64,000 nucleotides of DNA from positions 1 through 64,000 of the forward strand of contig CBDANQ010000054.1 in NCBI GenBank assembly GCA_965197725.1. The letters are read 5' to 3'. This document shows, one piece after another, positions 20,467 to 31,030 of the stretch. The notes beneath the pieces are model-generated. The model was given only the letters and a program-made list of their open reading frames with translations, was not told the DNA's origin and did not search any database. The number at the start of each line of letters is the position of its first letter. Within the stretch, counting starts at the first letter, position 1. The translations under genes and the position numbers were made by a program. The stretch is from Longimicrobiales bacterium. GTDB taxonomy: Bacteria; Gemmatimonadota; Gemmatimonadetes; Longimicrobiales; Gaopeijiaceae.

Positions 20467-23400
20467 CCTAGGTTCAAGCGGTCGTCGCAACAGTACCGTG
20501 TTGAAGGGTTTTCATGCGCCCCGAGATGGTGTCCCGCTGACAGTTGAAGGTGGTGGCGCCGGAGAGTCTCTTGGTTAGCCTGTCTTTCTCATTTCGGCAA
20601 CCGGTTCATGGTCGTCGAGGTGGGCCCTGAGCATCCAGAGCTGGTCGTAGCCGATGATCCTCCGGTAGCTCTTCTCGGTTTCCACGAACGAGGCCGCAGC
20701 CCAGCGCAAGGCCATCGCTCCGTTCTTCCAGTTAGTCACCCTGCGGGTCTTCCGTCTTACGCCCGAGTGGGTGCTGTCGATCAGGTTGGTCGAGCCCAGG
20801 CACTTCCTCAGCCGCGGTGGGAGGCCGAGCCGGTTTATGGTGAACATCTCGCTGAGGCCTTCGCGCAGGCTGGCTGCGGCCGAGGGGTGGTCGCGCTCGA
20901 GCCATCGGGCGAGCTGCTCGAGCTTCTGCTCGCCCTGCTTCGCGTCCAGCTTCATCGCCGCCCGGAACGCCGCCTTCACCTGAGGATGCTGATCCTTCGG
21001 CAGATGACCCAGCACGTTGCGGAGCTTGTGGTTGCGGCAGCGCTGGATGGGGTGACGTTGGCCGAACACCTTCTCGATCGCCTTCCTGAGCGCTTTCGAG
21101 CCATCGATCACGAACAGCCGCCGCCTGCCCGGGTCCAGGCCGCGCTCGACCAGATCCTCTAGGAGCGCGCTGGTCACCTCGGCGTTCTCACTCGCTCCTT
21201 CCCTCACGCCCAGCACGTGCTTCTTTCCGTCTGAGTCCACGCCTACCGCAGCAAGCACGTGGTGCGAGCCCATCTGGATCCCGTCCAGGTAGATCACCAG
21301 GAGGTCCCACGCATCCAGCCGGCGCTCCATCAGCTCCTTCAGCACGCGCTCCGAGGCCTCGACCGTCTCACGGCTCACCGCCGACTTGCTCACCCCGACC
21401 GTGTCGGCCATCTCACCGATCACACGGCCGTACTTCCGCGTGCTCACCCCCGCCATCAGGACCTCGAGCATCCGATCCGCCACGGCGCCCGGTCTCCGCA
21501 TCGCTGCGTACGCCGGCACCTCGACCTCGCCACCCTCCCCGGCGCCCCGGCGCCTGAGCCGTGGCCGCTCCACACGCACCTTCCGGTCCGACAGGTAAAC
21601 CACACCACCCTGCCGGCCATACCACACCGTGTCGTCTTCCGCTCGTGACCGACCTGCCTGCTTCACGCCTGCCACACCCTCGGCGCTCATCTCCAGCACC
21701 GCTTCGATCGTCGCTCGTCCCATCACCTGGATGACTTCGTCGATCGCGACCTCCGTCTGCTCCACGAGCTCAAGCATCGGAAGCAGAAACTGCCCCTCCC
21801 GCTTCAGGAACTCCCTGATCGCTCGCTTGTCCGCCCGATCCCTTACCTCGTACGTTCTCTTCATCGTGGTGGCTCCGTGTTGGGGTTTTTGCCTACCCGA
21901 GCCTATCGGCCCGGGACCCCCGGAGCCACCACTTTTCTTTCTCCCCTATCAGGGACCTTCAACTACGGTTGGGACAGCTTCCGCCCCGATGTTGCTGGAC
22001 ACTAGGCTGGCGAGGGCGATGGGGTCCAGACAGAAAGAAGTCAGTTCTTGATGTCTCCCAACCCGAGGGAGTCAGAAGCGACCGAAGGTCGTTGAAGGCT
22101 GGAGATACGGGAGCGGTAGAGCATTTCAACGCAAGGTTGAGGTCTGGTCCTTTGATGACAACAGATTTTCCAAGGTTTCCGCCGGAGTTCTCCAACCGAG
22201 GGTCTTGCGGGGGCGGCTGTTGAGAGCGGCTGCGACGGCGGCGAGATCGTCAGCGGTATGTCTGCTGAGGTCGGTGCCCTTCGGGAAGTACTGTCTCAAC
22301 AGGCCGTTCGTGTTTTCGTTCGTGCCGCGCTGCCACGGGCTCTGCGGGTCGCAGAAGTAGACGGCCAGGCCAGTATCGATGCGAAGCCGTTCGTGCTGAG
22401 CCATCTCTGTTCCCTGGTCCCATGTCAGAGACCGGCGGAGTTGCTCGGGCAGGGTCGTGATCGACGAAGCAATCGCGTCCCGGACGGCTTCGGCACCGTG
22501 TCCAGCCAACGCTGGACCGTTCTTGGTCCTGGGCTCGCCGTGTTTGTCAAGGCGGGGGAGGTGGAGCAGCATCGTAAACCGGGAGGCCCGCTCGACCAGC
22601 GTTCCGATCGCCGAACTGCCCAGTCCCAGGATCAGGTCGCCTTCCCAGTGCCCGGGAACGGCGCGGTCGTCTGCCTCGGCCGGTCGCTCACTGAGCATGA
22701 TCTCGGGGTGAACGAACGTCTTGCCCCGTCCGCGGGTGCGAGCTCGAGGCACCCGTAGCGCGCGTCCCGTCCGAAGGCACGCTGTCAGCTCCCGTCGCAG
22801 CGCACCACGGCCCTGAACGTAGAGCGCCTGGTAGATGGCTTCGTGCGATATACGCATGGACTCATCGTCGGGGAAGTCGACCCGTAGCCTGTTGGCGATC
22901 TGCTCGGGACTCCACGAGACCGCCCACCGCCGGTCTTGTCGGCGACCGCGACGCCGTCCGATCCAGCGCACATCGGGGCCCGCCACGGCCGTACCATCTG
23001 AAGCCGCGATCAGGCCTCCGAGGCGATCCTGTACATACTGCCTCAGTTCACCGTTCGTAGCGAGCTTCGCAAGCTTGGGACGTTTCGCTCGCCGATCGGC
23101 GTGCCATTGAGCGGTCGTGGCCCGATACTCGAGATTGCCTCCCCGTGTAGCTGCGTTTCGCCCCAGTTCTCGCGAGATCGTCGAGGGTGAGCGGCCCAAC
23201 TGCCGGGCGATCTCGCGCACGCCACGACCACGGGCTCGAAGAACGGCGATCTCTTCTCGCTCAACGAACGAAAGATAGCGCCGTGACTGGGGACGAAGAT
23301 TGAGGGGTGCCATGCCACCACATTCGCGAAACCAGCGCACCCCGACAGCGGGGGACACACCCGCTGCCACGGCGGCCTCCTCGCTCGACAGACCTCGAGC

Positions 23401-23558
23401 GACCTCTTCCCAGAACCTCTGCCGATGCTCGCGGCGTCCCACCGGCGGACGGCCTGGTGAACGCATCTGTGGACGTAGAGCTCGATCCGCTCGTCGGCGC
23501 TTGCTTGCCTCCATCGCAACTCCTCCTCGAGGTGTTGCGACGACCGCTTGAATTCACC
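20467..23558 (-). mobile_element. IS30-family element (transposase 22126-23514)
   Basis: IRs share TTCAAGCGGTCGTCGCAACA. TSD CTG at 20464-20466 and 23559-23561. Motifs GHWEGD, TWDQG, WQRGTNENTNGLLRQYFPK. Confidence 0.92.
20525..21981 (-). mobile_element. IS256-family element, copy 2 (transposase 20575-21864)
   Basis: Near-identical to copy 1 (3 aa differences seen). 8-bp TSD CGCCCCGA at 20517-20524 and 21982-21989. Confidence 0.96.
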
Positions 23559-24696
23559 CTGGACGCCGCGATCGGAGTGGTGGACGAGGCCAGACCGCGG
23601 CTGCCGAAGTTCGAGTGCGGCATCGAGTGCGGCCAGGCAAAGACGCGCGTCCAGGAGATGGCTGATGGCGTAGCCAATGACACGCCGCGACCACACGTCG
23701 AGCACGACAGCTAGGAAAACAAAGCCGGTCGTGAGCCGGATGTACGTCAGATCGGCCACCCAGAGCTCGTCAGGCCCCTCGGGCGTAATCGAGGGCCTCA
23801 GGTTCGGGTAGACGCGCTGCTTGTGATTGCTGTTCGTCGTAGCAAGCCATGCGCGCACGCGGCGGGGCGTAAGCGCGTGTTCACGCATGACCCGAGCGAC
23901 TCGCTTGTGATTGACTACCAGGCCGCGTCTCCGGAGCTCGTGCGTAACCCGTCGATATCCGTAGGCGGGGAACTCGGCGAGGATGTCTTCGATCCGCACG
24001 CGCAGGTCTGCGTCCGTTCTCTCCCGAGCGGTCTCGCAGGCCGCATCCGGTCGCTTGTAGAAGGTACTCCTCGGGATGTTCATGAGGCTGCATCCTCGTC
24101 GGACAGGGACACCCCTGGTCCGGAGATGATCGACGACCGCGCGCTTTTCTGTGACGGCTGTATCAGAGCCCTTTTTTTCATGGCGTCGAGTTCCATCGTC
24201 AACTGACCAATCTTGCGCTCGAGTGCCGCGATCTTGGCCTGGTCCTCGACAACTTGCTCCTGCAGGTGGATCTCCTCCGTAAGTTCGCCTTCCCCGTATT
24301 TCTTGACCCAGATCATGAGCAGGGAGTGAGGCACACCGTGTCGAGTAGCGATCGCCCTGGCACTGCCTTCTCCATCCAAGTACGCCTGGACCAGCTGGAT
24401 CTTGAACTCCGTGCTGTACCTCGTGTGTCGTCGAACCGTCATCGAACCTCCCGAGTGATTACGGAAGGTCAATCCATCGCCCCCTCTGTGTCCACTTCGT
24501 GGGGTTCACTCCAAGACCTGTGCAGCTTTCGATGGCCGTTGACAGCTTGGTCTTATCGGACCGGGCGGGGCTCTTCGTCCGGTTGGGTTCCTGCTGGGCC
24601 CAGACTCCCTGACCTGGCCGAGACTCGAGCCCGAAGATGAAGAGGCGAGTCTGGTCTGGGCGTTTGCGAACCGGGCCCGACCACATATAATCGCGG

Positions 24697-25818
24697 ATGC
24701 TCGGCATCGGACGCCCGTCATCGACTGCGATGATCTCGGACAGCCCACTTACGTCCGCACTTTTCTGCGCTCTCGTCTCGACGCTCTCAGCGGCTCCTAT
24801 CTGCTCGCAGACTCCTGCACCGTATCGGACCGAGCAGGTGAGCTACTGGAGCGAGCACGACTCCACGTTCCTCACTGCTTCGCTAACGTTGCCCCCGGGC
24901 AGCGGACCCCAGCCGGGAGTCGTAGTGCTCTCGCACGCCGGGAGGGAGCGTTTGGTGGACCGCTTCGTGCGGGATGGCTACGCCGTGCTGATGCCCACAC
25001 CCCGCGGGTTCGTCACCGTCGAGCCACTGCTGCGGGCCACCTTCTCGGACCTGGCCGGCGACGTGCTGGCGGCCCTCGACTACCTTGGATCGCGGGCCGA
25101 GGTCGACGCACAGGCGCTGGGCCTCATCGCCCAGGCGGACGTTACCCCACCGGCGATGCTCTCGGCCGTGTCATCGGAGGAGCGGGTTCCCCTGGTACTC
25201 CTGGGGCCACCGGCCTTTCCAGGCGTCGAGACGTTTCGACTCCAGCAACGATGGCTGGCTGAACGCCTCGGGGCCGGAGCAGCCCATCTCCAGGCCTTGG
25301 ACCAGTACGTGGGACGGATCGCGGAGATTGTGCTGGGCGAGAACACGCCCTACATGAGAGAGTACCGGCTCGCAAGTCTTCGGGCGGGATCGACCGTTCA
25401 GCTCCCGCGTAACAACGCGGCGTTCCCGTCCGACGAGCGACAGATGCACTTTTTCGCGAGCCCCCTGTGGCGCGATCAGCTCGCCTTCGAGCCGGAGGCA
25501 GTGCTCGCTCGGCTCGGATCACCGGTTCTGGTCCTGATCGGAGCAGAGGACCCCAACACGCCGATGGATGCGTATCTCGCGGCTGTGCGGCGTGGACTTT
25601 CGACTGCGAGCACTCGGGACGCTACGGTATGTCTGATACCGGGAAGGACCCGGCACGCGTTCACGGAAGAGGGGGTCACGGTGATCGCCGACTGGCTGGC
25701 CGAGCGCATCGTTTCCCCGGTCGAGACGAGCGCCTCGAGAAAGGGCACGCTCGCCGGCTGTCTGGAGGACCCAGTCGCTGATATCCGCACGCCTGCTTTG
25801 AGAGTGGCTTCGTATTGA
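24697..25818 (+). CDS. Secreted alpha/beta-hydrolase-fold protein (nucleophile Ser apparently absent)
   Basis: ASLTLPPGSGPQPGVVVL, DLAGDVLAALDYLGSRAEVD, PVLVLIGAED, RHAF. Confidence 0.75.
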   Translation: MLGIGRPSSTAMISDSPLTSALFCALVSTLSAAPICSQTPAPYRTEQVSYWSEHDSTFLTASLTLPPGSGPQPGVVVLSHAGRERLVDRFVRDGYAVLMPTPRGFVTVEPLLRATFSDLAGDVLAALDYLGSRAEVDAQALGLIAQADVTPPAMLSAVSSEERVPLVLLGPPAFPGVETFRLQQRWLAERLGAGAAHLQALDQYVGRIAEIVLGENTPYMREYRLASLRAGSTVQLPRNNAAFPSDERQMHFFASPLWRDQLAFEPEAVLARLGSPVLVLIGAEDPNTPMDAYLAAVRRGLSTASTRDATVCLIPGRTRHAFTEEGVTVIADWLAERIVSPVETSASRKGTLAGCLEDPVADIRTPALRVASY

Positions 25819-25955
25819 CGCTGACTGAGGCTCGGGCGCTCCAGGTATCGCTGCCTCAACCCCACACCGGAGAGGGAGCAGGTAGCCAAACCAAGACCCA
25901 GAAATTACTAATCCAAGAAGTCACGACCCATCGAAACCTCGGCTGAGGAGCATGG

Positions 25956-26456
25956 ATGATGAACGCTGTCACCTTGCATGTGAACGGTACAGCACACACG
26001 GTGGACGTCGAACCGTCTACTCGGCTGCTCTATGTCCTGCGAAATGATCTCGGCTTGCGAGGTCCGCGGTTCGGGTGCGGACTCGGCCAGTGCGGGGCTT
26101 GCACGGTCATCATCGACGGTGTGGCGACGCGGTCATGTGTCACGCCGACGTCCCGGGTCAGGGGCGAGATAACGACCCTCGAGGGACTCGCCAAGGACGG
26201 GACGCTGGATCCGGTGCAACAGGCTTGGATCGACGAGCAGGTTCCGCAGTGCGGCTTCTGCCAGAACGGGCAGATCATGACCGCAAAGGCCCTGCTGGAC
26301 CGGAATCCGAATCCGACGGATGCCGAGATTCGCGAGGGGATGGATCAAGCCCTGTGCCGGTGCATGACGTATTACCGGGTCCAGGCAGCGATCAAGCTTG
26401 TCTCGGCACGGGCGCGAGACGGCGGACCGGCCGCCGACCAGGAGGTGGTCGCATGA
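25956..26456 (+). CDS. (2Fe-2S)-binding small subunit of a Mo-hydroxylase (IorA/CoxS-like)
   Basis: GCGLGQCGACTV, QCGFCQNG, LCRC. Confidence 0.95.
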   Translation: MMNAVTLHVNGTAHTVDVEPSTRLLYVLRNDLGLRGPRFGCGLGQCGACTVIIDGVATRSCVTPTSRVRGEITTLEGLAKDGTLDPVQQAWIDEQVPQCGFCQNGQIMTAKALLDRNPNPTDAEIREGMDQALCRCMTYYRVQAAIKLVSARARDGGPAADQEVVA

Positions 26457-28852
26457 CAACGTTCACGAAGGTCCCCAAAGCCATCGAAGTCATATTGGAG
26501 AGCCGGAACGCCACCACCTCTTGAAGGGACTTCCTCAAGACCTCGGGTGCTCTGGTCGTGAGCTTCAGCGCGGCGGCGGTCCCGGGCGCCGACGCACTCG
26601 CGGCAGCCGTGGTCGGCGACCAAGCGGCCCCGGCCCCGCCGGCAGGCCCGTATCCCGACCCCGACTTCAGACAGCTCGATTCCTGGATCGTGATTCATGG
26701 GGACAACACGGCGACCTTCTACGTTGGAAAGACCGACTGCGGTCAAGGCACGGGAACGGCGTTTCGGCAGATGATGTGCGACGAGCTGGATATCGCATTC
26801 GACGACACCGACGTCGTCATGGGTAGCACAGACGTCACCCCCGATCAGGGCGGGTCGGGCGGATCTGATGCGATTCAGAGAGACGGCTGGCCGATGCGAC
26901 GCGTGGCCGCCGAGGCCCGGCGGGTCCTGATGGAAATGGCCTCCGAACGGTTCGGCGTGCCGGTCGAGCAGCTCGACGTCAGCAACGCAGTGATCGCTCT
27001 GAGATCAGACCCCTCCAGGACAGTCAGCTACGCGGAGTTGATCGGCGAGCGGCGGTTCAACGTCACGCTGACTGGAGGCGACGTCAACGCGGTCTCAGGG
27101 GTGGCTGACGTCAAGCCGGTTCAGGATCTCCGGATCGTCGGCCAGTCACCACAGCGCTACGACATTCCCCCGAAGGTGGACGGGTCGTTGACGTGGGCAG
27201 TGGATGTCAGGCTTCCCGGGATGGTGCATGCACGCAACGTCAAGCCGCCGGTTGCGGGCGCCACACTTCGCGGCTTCGACGAGTCGTCCGTCCGGAACCT
27301 GCCGGGATTCGTCCGAGTGGTCAGCAAGGGCAACTACTTGGCAGTGGTGTGCGAGCGGGAAGAGCAGGCGATCGACGCCGCCAGGCGACTCCAGGTGGAT
27401 TGGGAGGCACCGGCGGCCGCACCGTTCCCGACGTCCGATGAGTTGTACACCTACATGCGCAGCGCGACGCCCACCTCGAGTGCCGATCCGCGCGTGGTGG
27501 GAAGTCCCGAGACGGCGCTGGCGGGCGCGGCACGGGTGATCGAGGCCGAATACGATTTCCCGTTCCAGGGACACACCGCCTTCGGTCCAGCTCATGCCCT
27601 GGCCGACCCCTCGGACGGTCAGATGACGATCTACTCCAACGACATGAAGTCCTACGGCATGCGGAACGGGATCGCCGAGTTCCTCGGGATGCCCAGGGAC
27701 CAGGTGCGCGTCGTCTGGATGGAAGGCCCCCAAGCGTACGGCCGCACGGCTGCGGACGATGCGGGCTTCGAGGCCGCATTCCTGGCGAAAGAGATCGGCC
27801 TGCCGGTTCGCATGCAGTGGATGAGGGACGAAGAAACGGCCTGGGACACAAAGGGGCCTGCGTTCACGTTCAGGTTGCGCGGAGGACTGGACGCCCAGGG
27901 CGAGCTGGTCGCGCTCGAGTACGACGCGCAGAGTGCCGACTACAACCACGTCGGATACAACGAGGTCGAGACGGTCCTGATCTCACAGCTTATCGGCACG
28001 CGGCTCGCGACGCCGAACAGGGGCCGCGGCGCGACGCCGTCTGAGATGTATGCCGTTCCCAACCGGCGCACGACGACCCAGGTTGTCCGGCTTCCCTCGA
28101 TTTGGGAAACGCCGCTTCGCACCGGCAACCTCCGGGAACCCAACGGACCGCAGGTGACGTTCGCCTCCGAATCGTTCATCGACGAGCTGGCGGCAGCAGC
28201 CAACTCCGACCCGGTTGAGTTCCGGCTGAACCTGCTCAACGGCGGCACCGATGATGACAGCGGGTTCAAACGAGCCCGCTCCATCGCCACCATCCGCGCG
28301 GCTGCGGATGCCTATGGCTGGGACACGCGGCCGTCGCCGAAACCGCGCGGCGCTGGAAGGATTCTGACGGGGCGCAGGATCGCGTACTCCTTCCGCAGCG
28401 AGACGGTCGTCGCGGAGATTGCCGAGATTGAGGTCAATCGTGAGACGGGTCACGTCTGGGTCAAGCGGCTCGTCTGCGCGCACGACTGTGGATTGGTCAT
28501 CAACCCCGAGGGGCTGCGTGGCACGATCGAGGGTGGAATGTTGCACTCGCTGAGCCGTGCGCTCCACGAGGAGGTGCAGTTCGACACCGAAAAAGTCACC
28601 AGCGTCGACTGGGTGTCTCATCCCAGCCTCAGGCACACCGACACGCCAGAAAAGATCGACGTGGTGCTGGTCAACGGCGACCCCGATCCGGACCGGCCCG
28701 ATCTGCCCCACTACGGAGCCGGCGAGGCGGTCTGCAAACCGCTGGTCGCGGCGGTCGCCAACGCCATCTATGACGCGACCGGCGTTCGTATTCGCCGAGT
28801 GCCCTTCCGAGATGAGCGTGTGCTCGCGGCTCTTCAGGCCGCGGGCGTGTAG
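26453..28852 (+). pseudogene. Molybdopterin-binding large subunit (IorB/NicB-like) with in-frame TGA at codon 24
   Basis: TTS*RDFLKTSGAL (Tat signal), GQGTGT, AHDCGLVINP, GAGEA; ATGA overlap with the small subunit. Confidence 0.88.
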
Positions 28853-28897
28853 GGCGGGTCGGTCAGATCCGGGTCGAGCGTTCGGATACAGTAGGTG

Positions 28898-29137
28898 TCA
28901 ATCGGTGACCGGCGCGGCGCGCTCCTCGAGCGCTCGTACGATCCACGAGTTGAGGCTTACTCCAGCGGTGGACGCGGCCACAGCTACTTGCTGATGAAGG
29001 GTGGGGCCCAGACGAAGGTTCAGCTTGCCCGATAACGGCTTGCGTGGCTCGACCCCGCGCAACCCTGCGACATTCTCGGCCTCGAAGGTCACAGACTCAT
29101 CGACCTCAACTTCAGCTAGGTAGTTCTTATACTCCAT
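28898..29137 (-). pseudogene. hicB: HicB-family antitoxin with internal deletions
   Basis: MEYKNYLAEVEVDE..VTFEAENVAGLR..EPRKPLSGKLNLRLGPTLH..SLNSWI; shorter than the typical family member. Confidence 0.7.
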
Positions 29138-29290
29138 CCATGCATCAAGTCGCCGCCACGCATTCACCCATCCGCTCGTCTCGTCACTTGAATGCGCGAA
29201 CAGCTTGCGTGCCCCACGCATGGAAACGGCCCCGCCATGAGAGGTTCTTCGAATGTCTCCCCTCGCGCGCCTTCAGTTAGCCTCAGCCTC

Positions 29291-29821
29291 TCACGCCTGA
29301 GCCGTGCGCGCTTCCCGTTGCCGAGTGAGGTGCGGGACGATACCCAGCATCCGCTGGACCAGCATGACCTGGCCACGGTGATGCATCTCGTGCTCTTTCA
29401 CCGATAGAATCAACTCGAACCGGCTCTTGGGCGGCTGCGAAAATTCCGGTGGAAATGAGACGGGCTCAGCCAGGAACTCGTCGGAGACACCATCGAGAAA
29501 GGTCGCCCAGATCTCGCCCTCGTCCTCGAGCAACGCGATCACCTGGCTCTTCGTTCGGGGTTCCGCTTCTTTCGCCCCGAGCTCGGCCATCATCGCGGGA
29601 AAGTCGAAGCCCGCCATACTGGACAGCTTCTCGACGGCGTGAACCCGATGCTGAAACCGATAGCTCAGCGCGATATGGGTCAGCATCTTCTCGACGCTTC
29701 GGCAATCCGCCGTCGGGCAGAAGTCGTACTTGTCTTCCGGAATGTCTTGCGCCGCCTCGAGGGTGTTCTTGCGAACAGTGCGAAAGCTCTGCGCAAGTTC
29801 CTGGGAGCCATAATGGGCCAT
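29291..29821 (-). CDS. DinB-family protein
   Basis: IPEDKYDF.P...RSV..MLTHI..EHEMHHRGQ...QRMLGIVP. Confidence 0.9.
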   Translation of the reverse strand: MAHYGSQELAQSFRTVRKNTLEAAQDIPEDKYDFCPTADCRSVEKMLTHIALSYRFQHRVHAVEKLSSMAGFDFPAMMAELGAKEAEPRTKSQVIALLEDEGEIWATFLDGVSDEFLAEPVSFPPEFSQPPKSRFELILSVKEHEMHHRGQVMLVQRMLGIVPHLTRQREARTAQA

Positions 29822-30000
29822 GCGTTCACTCCTGGGAGGGACTGGACAATAGCACATTCGGAGGCGTTTGTCGGATCGGGTCGCTTTTCGACGCCCGCAT
29901 CCGATTCGCGGTTCGTGCCGATTTCGTGCTGAGTCAAGCCCTTGAGCGCATGCCGATGCGGGACGTGCTATGGAGCGACTCGGCACACGAGGAGAATCAC

Positions 30001-30110
30001 ATGACGAACGACGCAATATCGGTTGCCCCACACGCCTACAAGGTGGTGCTCGAGACCGATCGTGTCCGTGTCCTGGAGTCGGCGTGGTGCTGCTGATCGA
30101 ACTGAAGTAG
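30001..30110 (+). pseudogene. Cupin-like small protein, internally deleted
   Basis: DAISVAPHAYKVVLETDRVRVLE joined out of frame to terminal VLLIELK*; RBS GAGGAG. Confidence 0.5.
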
Positions 30111-30135
30111 GACGACGGCCCTGACACATCGACCC

Positions 30136-30954
30136 CTATTGCCACTCCACCAACTCGAGATCAGTCGAGTCGTCAAACCCCTTGAACATCACCGACCCCA
30201 GAGACTTGAAGGCGACGTTCTTTCCAAGACAGAGGTCCCGGACCACTCTGGCGGTGACGATCTGATCGGGCTCCGCACCGTCGCAAATCCGCGATGTGAG
30301 ATTCACTGTGGAGCCGAAGAGTGCGTCTCCGTCTAGCACGGGTTCGCCGGCGCTGATGCCTATTCTAGCCCGTAGCCTCACGCCATCCGCCCGCTCCACG
30401 TTGTCCCTAGAAAACCCTCGTTGCATCGAGATCGCGCAAGTCACCGCAGCGTACGCAGACTCAAAGCTCGTAAGAAACCCATCCCCTGCCCGGTCGACCT
30501 CCCTGCCACCGTAATCCACGAGCGCCGTACGAACGATGTCCCGATACCGCCGAACCAGGCTGAGGGCCCCTGAGTCCCCAAGAGCCTTGGTGATGTCAGT
30601 GGAGCCGACCATGTCGACAAACAGGAGGGCCCGAAAAGCACTGTCCCGGACAGGCTCCCCCTCGGATGTCTCGGGATCATGCAGCCGTCCAAGAAACTGA
30701 GCGACGGTCGAAGGGTCGACCTCAATAACCTGATTCGGAATGAGTCCGTGGGCTTCGGCATGCATCTCGCGGACGGCACCCGCCGATGGAGCTTCGACGA
30801 GACAGAACGCGGTCCCCCGAGACTTGTCGTGCCAATAGGTAATCGCCTTGCAGGAATGGCGATCCTGGACCGCGACATCCAAATGATGCGCCTCGGCCAA
30901 CTCCTCAGCGGTCACTACTGTCCCAATTTCGTGGCGATCCATGAACAATGGCAT
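30136..30954 (-). CDS. DUF4242 (SCO4226-like metal-binding) domain plus class III nucleotide cyclase
   Basis: MPLFMDRH..AEAHHLD..YW..AFCLVEAP..MHAEAHG; FVDMVGST, AGDG, RIGISAGEP, VNLTSR. Confidence 0.88.
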   Translation of the reverse strand: MPLFMDRHEIGTVVTAEELAEAHHLDVAVQDRHSCKAITYWHDKSRGTAFCLVEAPSAGAVREMHAEAHGLIPNQVIEVDPSTVAQFLGRLHDPETSEGEPVRDSAFRALLFVDMVGSTDITKALGDSGALSLVRRYRDIVRTALVDYGGREVDRAGDGFLTSFESAYAAVTCAISMQRGFSRDNVERADGVRLRARIGISAGEPVLDGDALFGSTVNLTSRICDGAEPDQIVTARVVRDLCLGKNVAFKSLGSVMFKGFDDSTDLELVEWQ

Positions 30955-31030
30955 TCCCGCTCCTCTTATCCTGGAGTGTTCCAATACCTGTGGCGTGAGA
31001 TTCTCTTCTGAAAACGAAAGAAAACAAGGG

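Larger units (their letters stand above)
20136..24513 (-). mobile_element. IS3-family element, interrupted (OrfA 24080-24442; OrfB 23559-24083 plus 20194-20466)
   Basis: IRs TGGAGTGAACCCC..GTGGACA at both ends. 3-bp TSD AGA at 20133-20135 and 24514-24516. A7G site at about 24169-24178. The OrfB halves rejoin at HHSDRGVQ/YAS. Confidence 0.93.
18066..24544 (+). mobile_element. IS21-family element whose right end is split by nested insertions
   Basis: TGTTAGCGGCC..TTGCACAC repeats at the left end. The right end is split into 20108-20135 and 24517-24544 (..GATGGCCGTTGACA). Confidence 0.9.

Noticed and set aside
23043..24083. 346-aa transposase with a novel C-terminus
   Set aside because: The C-terminal part is out-of-frame IS30 sequence after the insertion point at 23558.
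26522..26524. Selenocysteine codon
   Set aside because: The position corresponds to Arg of the Tat motif, not a catalytic Cys; no SECIS was recognised.
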